Origin: Candidatus Actinomarina sp. | GTDB lineage: Bacteria > Actinomycetota > Acidimicrobiia > Actinomarinales > Actinomarinaceae | Assembly: GCA_038142145.1 (NCBI GenBank) | Contig: JAYQJM010000005.1 | Location: forward strand, 8,999-72,998 | Reading direction: 5' to 3' | Length of the DNA stretch: 64,000 nt | Part shown: positions 59,644 to 64,000 of the stretch, one piece after another | Layout: each line of letters begins with the position of its first letter | How positions within the stretch are numbered: the stretch's first letter is position 1 | Notes under the pieces: generated by a model | Database searches by the model: none | Seen by the model: only the letters and a program-made list of their open reading frames with translations | Told to the model about the DNA's origin: nothing | Program-made: the position numbers and the translations under genes

Positions 59644-60387
59644 TTGAGTAACTGGTCAGAAGCTTTAAAAAAAGATACAAAAAAAATTCTTGGAGTTGTA
59701 AACATAACAAATGACTCCTTCTCTAATGATGGTCTTTTAGGTCATAAAGAAAAATTAATCACAAACCTAAACTTGTATAGTAGTTTGAATATTCATTTTC
59801 TTGATGTTGGATGCGTATCAACAAAACCAGGTTATACAGAAGTATCTACAGCCCAAGAACTTCAACGTTTACAATTTTTTATTTCTAATTACAATGCAAA
59901 TTTTTCATTATCAATAGACACAATGAATTCTGAAGTTGCAGAGATTGCAATGAAAAATCAATTTGAAATTATAAATGATGTTAGTGGGCTACTAGATAAA
60001 AATATGGTAGAACTGGCTGTTGAAAAGCAGTGCAAGGTCATTGTTGTTCATCGCCATAGAAGGTCAGAAAATCTTCATCAAAAATTTCAATATAAAAATA
60101 TAACATCTGAGGTTAAAGAAGATTTAATTAATCAAGTAGATAAATTAATTAAATCGGGAATAAAAGAAGAGAATATTGCTGTTGATCCTGGTTTAGGTTT
60201 CGGAAAAGAAATGAAAGATTCTGCTGAGCTATTAAAGAATATCGAAATGTTAAATTTTGGTTTACCAATAATAGTTGGCTATTCAAAGAAGAAATTTACA
60301 GAATACCTTGATATGTCTTCAGATGATCTATTTCAACATTGTCTCAATTCGGGTATTGCTTTGGTGAGACTCCATATTTCAACATAG
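59644..60387 (+). CDS. folP: Dihydropteroate synthase (divergent, short C-terminus)
   Basis: N.T.DSFS, ST.PG, SIDT, INDVSG, DPGLGFGK, R.H. Confidence 0.88.
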   Translation: MSNWSEALKKDTKKILGVVNITNDSFSNDGLLGHKEKLITNLNLYSSLNIHFLDVGCVSTKPGYTEVSTAQELQRLQFFISNYNANFSLSIDTMNSEVAEIAMKNQFEIINDVSGLLDKNMVELAVEKQCKVIVVHRHRRSENLHQKFQYKNITSEVKEDLINQVDKLIKSGIKEENIAVDPGLGFGKEMKDSAELLKNIEMLNFGLPIIVGYSKKKFTEYLDMSSDDLFQHCLNSGIALVRLHIST

Positions 60388-60426
60388 TATTTGGAATAGT
60401 ATTACAATAGTTATCGAAAGGATGCG

Positions 60427-60897
60427 ATGGCTGGTTTAAAACCGAACAATTTTCACTGGATTATTGAAGGTAAGTTGGCCGTATCTGAGTGCATTGGTGG
60501 AGGGGGAATGACTCCACGAAAAATTCGAAGAGAAGAAGAAATTCAATGGTTAAAGGGAAGTGGAATTAACTCAATATTTTCCCTTTTAGATACTGATTTC
60601 AATTTAAAAAACTATCAAGAAGTTGGATTTAGAACTTATCACTATCCTTTAACAGATGATATTCCAGAGGAATCCTTACATGTTATTTTTGAAGCAATAA
60701 AAGAAGCGCTGTCTGATAAAGATAGAAAACTCTTAATTCATAGAGAGTATCTAGATGAAGAAGTTCCGGGTATTCTTGCTGGCTATCTAATTTATTCAAA
60801 ATTACTTGATGACCCTATATTGGCAAGAACAATTCTTGAAAAGATTTTAGGAAAACCTTTATCACCAAAAGCTATAGCACTCATTCCACAAATTTAA
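60427..60897 (+). CDS. Dual-specificity-phosphatase-fold protein lacking the catalytic motif
   Basis: NFHWII.GKLA, WLK..GI.SI.SL, HYPL.D; LLIHREYLDEE where HCxxGxxR is expected; own TACAAT box and AAGGA SD. Confidence 0.6.
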   Translation: MAGLKPNNFHWIIEGKLAVSECIGGGGMTPRKIRREEEIQWLKGSGINSIFSLLDTDFNLKNYQEVGFRTYHYPLTDDIPEESLHVIFEAIKEALSDKDRKLLIHREYLDEEVPGILAGYLIYSKLLDDPILARTILEKILGKPLSPKAIALIPQI

Positions 60898-60901
60898 AAA
60901 A

Positions 60902-61267
60902 ATGTCATTCGACATAGCAGTTAAAGGCATAAAAGCATCTGGTTGTCATGGCGTTTATGAATTTGAAAAAAAAGAGAAACAAGAGTTTATTGTTGATGTT
61001 CTAATAAAGATAAATGAAATCAAATCAGATGATATTAATCAAACACTCAATTATGAAAATGTTATATCAACAGCAAAAGAAGTTGTCGCTTCAAAGAGTT
61101 TTGACTTGATTGAGATTTTGGCTAAAACAATATCCAATGAAATAATATCTTTTTGCAAACAAGATTTAAGCATTTTATCTATTTCAGTATCTGTTCATAA
61201 ACCTAATACTGAACTAAGCCAGTTCTCAGATGATATTGTTGTAACTTACAATGAAGAATTTAAATAA
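60902..61267 (+). CDS. folB: Dihydroneopterin aldolase
   Basis: HGVY.FE....QEF.VD, D.I..TLNY, FDLIE, VHKP. Confidence 0.9.
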   Translation: MSFDIAVKGIKASGCHGVYEFEKKEKQEFIVDVLIKINEIKSDDINQTLNYENVISTAKEVVASKSFDLIEILAKTISNEIISFCKQDLSILSISVSVHKPNTELSQFSDDIVVTYNEEFK

Positions 61268-61718
61268 AGTAATTTTATCTATAGGTACAAATATTGGAAA
61301 TAAGACTTTAAATCTTCAAAAGTCTGTTGAGTTGTTGGGTTCTAAAGTAAAAATAAAAAAAGCTTCCTCCATATATTCTTCTGAGGCACTTTTGTTTACC
61401 GAGCAAGCTGATTTTTATAATATTGTACTCGAGATTATCTATGAAGATTCTCCTCAAAACTTATTGAAAATTTTAAAAACAATTGAGGAAGATATGGGTA
61501 GAGAGCAAAATTTTAGATATGGTCCAAGAATTATAGACTTAGATATTATATTTTTTAATAATCAAATTGTTAGTGAAGAAAATCTTCAAATTCCGCACTA
61601 TGACTGGCAAAATAGAAAGTTTGTTATTGAGCCTCTTTATGAAATTTTAAACAAAGAATTAGTTGAAGAAGAATTTAATATTTCTGGTCAGAAAGTTGAA
61701 GTTGTAGGTACAATTTAA
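61251..61718 (+). CDS. folK: 2-amino-4-hydroxy-6-hydroxymethyldihydropteridine pyrophosphokinase
   Basis: SIGTNIG, Q.DFYN, IE..MGR....RYGPRIIDLDI, IPH. Confidence 0.93.
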   Translation: MKNLNKVILSIGTNIGNKTLNLQKSVELLGSKVKIKKASSIYSSEALLFTEQADFYNIVLEIIYEDSPQNLLKILKTIEEDMGREQNFRYGPRIIDLDIIFFNNQIVSEENLQIPHYDWQNRKFVIEPLYEILNKELVEEEFNISGQKVEVVGTI

Positions 61719-61747
61719 TTCACGGGCACCATACTTAGGGCACGATA

Positions 61748-62569
61748 ATGACATTAATAATTAAAGAAATAGATAATATAATCAGTCAAGAACATTCGGT
61801 AATTGTTCCAACGATGGGTTCTTTACATGACGGACATAAGTCATTGATTGAAATTGCTAAAAAAACAAATAATAAAGTAATTGTCTCTATTTTTGTTAAT
61901 GAAAAGCAGTTTAACGATCAGGATGATTTTAAGAATTATCCAAGAAATGAACAGAGAGATTTAGAGATTTTATCTGATTTAGAAGTTGATTATGTTTTTT
62001 TACCTGAAAACGATTACATTTATCCATTTAATGAATTTGAAAATATCACTTCTGGAAATTTGGGTTCAATATATGAGGGACACTTTAGACCAGGACATTT
62101 TGATGGAGTTTTAACTGTTGTTAAACGTTTATTTGATTTAGTGAATCCTGATGTTGCTGTCTTTGGAAAAAAAGATGCTCAACAATTATTTTTAATTAAG
62201 AATATGATACAAAATTACAAAATGAATATTGAGATTATTGAAGCACCAACAGTTAGAAGTAGTTCAGGTCTCGCATTGAGTAGTAGAAACAATTTACTTG
62301 ATGATACACATTTAGAAATAGCTAGCTCAATTAATAAAATATTGAAGTCTATAAGTGAAAATATAAAATCTGGAAAAGAGATTCTTCAATCGCTAAATAT
62401 AGGAATTCAAGAGTTTGAAAACAACAATCACATAGAACTTGAATATTTAGATATTGTGACTATTCAAAACTTTTCAAATGATATTCAAAATTCATCAAAT
62501 CTCTTGTTAATATTTGCTGGGTACATTAACGGTGTAAGGTTAATTGATAATTTGGAAATTTTATTATGA
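61748..62569 (+). CDS. panC: Pantoate--beta-alanine ligase
   Basis: VPTMGSLHDGH, RPGHFDGV, FGKKDAQQ, GLALSSRN, RLIDN. Confidence 0.95.
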   Translation: MTLIIKEIDNIISQEHSVIVPTMGSLHDGHKSLIEIAKKTNNKVIVSIFVNEKQFNDQDDFKNYPRNEQRDLEILSDLEVDYVFLPENDYIYPFNEFENITSGNLGSIYEGHFRPGHFDGVLTVVKRLFDLVNPDVAVFGKKDAQQLFLIKNMIQNYKMNIEIIEAPTVRSSSGLALSSRNNLLDDTHLEIASSINKILKSISENIKSGKEILQSLNIGIQEFENNNHIELEYLDIVTIQNFSNDIQNSSNLLLIFAGYINGVRLIDNLEILL

Positions 62570-63333
62570 ATAACTTAATTGCTATAGATATAGGAAATAC
62601 TGAAACCACTGTGGGATTAAAATTACAAGATGAGTGGTCTTCTTTCAGGTTAACAACTAGAGATACAGATACTTCAGATGAAATTCTGGCAAGTTTTAAT
62701 TCAACAATTCAGCTTTCAGAGTCAGATAAAAACAAGATAAAGGGATCAATTATTTGCTCAGTAGTACCTCAGCTTACAAGTAATATGGCAGAAGCTGTAG
62801 GCAAGTATTTAAATGAAGAACCAATAATTTTAGGACCTGGAGTCAAAACAGGATTACAGGTAAAAATAGATAACCCTAAAGAGCTTGGTCCAGATAGAAT
62901 TGCTAATGCTGTAGCAGGAAATTTATTAGTTGAAGAAGATGTAATTGTGGTCGATATGGGAACAGCAACTACTTTTGATGTTGTAACTAAAAATAAAGAA
63001 TATCTAGGAGGATCAATTGCACCAGGAATAAAAATAAGTTTGGATGCTCTAACTTCAAAAACAGCTTCTTTAAAGTCTGTTGAGTTAGAAGTGCCAAATG
63101 TCACTATTGGCAAAAACACTTATGAGGCTATCCAGAGTGGCTTAATTATTGGACATGCATCAATGATAGACAATATGGTTGGTCGAATAATAGGTGAGCT
63201 TCAATCAGAACCAAAAATTATTTTAACTGGAGGCTTAGGAAGGGTTGTTACCCAGGTGTTAGATGTAAAAGTTCAATATGTTGAAAATTTAACCTTAATT
63301 GGTCTTGAGCAAATATATAAATTAAATAATTAA
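62566..63333 (+). CDS. coaX: Type III pantothenate kinase
   Basis: IDIGNT, SVVP, LGPDRI, VDMGTATT.D, GG.IAPG, TGG. Confidence 0.94.
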   Translation: MNNLIAIDIGNTETTVGLKLQDEWSSFRLTTRDTDTSDEILASFNSTIQLSESDKNKIKGSIICSVVPQLTSNMAEAVGKYLNEEPIILGPGVKTGLQVKIDNPKELGPDRIANAVAGNLLVEEDVIVVDMGTATTFDVVTKNKEYLGGSIAPGIKISLDALTSKTASLKSVELEVPNVTIGKNTYEAIQSGLIIGHASMIDNMVGRIIGELQSEPKIILTGGLGRVVTQVLDVKVQYVENLTLIGLEQIYKLNN

Positions 63334-63342
63334 AGTGGTTTT

Positions 63343-64000
63343 ATGACAGATTTATCTAAATCAGAAAAAGAAATATATGATTTAAGAAAGCAAAAAGTTG
63401 CTGAAATTCAGAGTAGTTCTATTGATTCCTATGCCACATTTGTAGAAAACTCAACACATATCTCCAGCATTATTGAAGCACATGACTCATTAGAAGAGGG
63501 TGAGCAAACAGAAATATCTGCTTTAATCAGAGGTAGAGTAATCAACATCAGATCATTTGGAAAGCTTACATTTATGGATGTAAAAGATTATTCCGGAAAA
63601 ATTCAATTATTGATATCAAAAGACGCATTAAGTGATGAATTAAATACTTATGTTAGCAACTTAGATGTTGGGGACATCATAAGTGCTAAAGGAACTGTTA
63701 TGAAAACTAAAAAGGGAGAACTTTCTTTAAAACTCGAAACAATATCTCTGTTATCAAAATCACTAAGAGCTTTTCCGGAAAAATGGCATGGACTAAAGGA
63801 CAAGGAAACACGTTTTAGGCAAAGATACTTAGATCTATTAGTTAACGAAGACGCAATGAATGCTATTTCAATGCGGTTTAAAGTAATAAAGCTTTTAAGG
63901 GAGTTCATGGCAAAATCAGAATTTGTAGAGGTAGAAACTCCTACTTTACAGCCAAAAGCTGGTGGTGCGATAGCTAGACCTTTTACAACTCACCATAATG
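63343..64000 (+). CDS. lysS: Lysine--tRNA ligase (class II), N-terminal part; runs off the window end
   Basis: Translated by hand from ATG 63343: ...IRGRVINIRSFGKLTFMDVKDYSGKIQL...LDVGDII...KTKKGELS...PEKWHGLKDKETRFRQRYLDL...EVETPTLQPKAGGAIARPFTTHH. Confidence 0.96.
   Translation, partial: MTDLSKSEKEIYDLRKQKVAEIQSSSIDSYATFVENSTHISSIIEAHDSLEEGEQTEISALIRGRVINIRSFGKLTFMDVKDYSGKIQLLISKDALSDELNTYVSNLDVGDIISAKGTVMKTKKGELSLKLETISLLSKSLRAFPEKWHGLKDKETRFRQRYLDLLVNEDAMNAISMRFKVIKLLREFMAKSEFVEVETPTLQPKAGGAIARPFTTHHN

Noticed and set aside
432-63908. About 35 short ORFs in the track that lie antisense to or nested within long genes (e.g. 37327-37809, 32638-33015, 63648-63908)
   Set aside because: They are shadows of well-supported genes, with no motifs or independent start signals.
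1-64000. Selenoprotein genes (in-frame UGA readthrough) suggested by selC
   Set aside because: The UGA stops I inspected fall at natural protein ends or ATGA overlaps, and the three split genes are frameshifts, not UGA interruptions. This was not an exhaustive search.

Overview
A gene-dense, AT-rich (roughly one-third GC by eye) bacterial chromosome segment with very short intergenic spacers. Gene content and order (tilS-hpt-ftsH-folE-folP-folB-folK-panC-coaX-lysS; topA opposite MFS-tmk-holB; an F420-dependent LLM oxidoreductase) point to a streamlined marine actinobacterium, probably Acidimicrobiia/Ca. Actinomarina-like (inference). It is mostly core genome: a caa3-type cytochrome c oxidase cluster, isocitrate lyase, leuCD, metF-metE-metK behind a SAM-I/IV riboswitch, TldD/TldE, a membrane pyrophosphatase, and folate/CoA genes. 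I found no mobile elements, CRISPR arrays or rRNA. The most notable observations are: (1) a tRNA-Sec apparently co-transcribed with an orphan, roofless GroES-like gene and hflX; (2) an unannotated ~90-nt structured RNA with its own promoter and terminator after metK; (3) an indoleamine 2,3-dioxygenase coupled to alanine dehydrogenase; (4) a doubly anchored cupredoxin/beta-helix lipoprotein; (5) a GTP cyclohydrolase I lacking its triphosphate-binding arginines, with a pseudo-phosphatase in the same folate cluster; (6) widespread leaderless promoters. Three genes (gnd, metE, tilS) carry single-base insertions that are probably sequencing errors. All protein calls come from motif recognition by eye; no searches were run.
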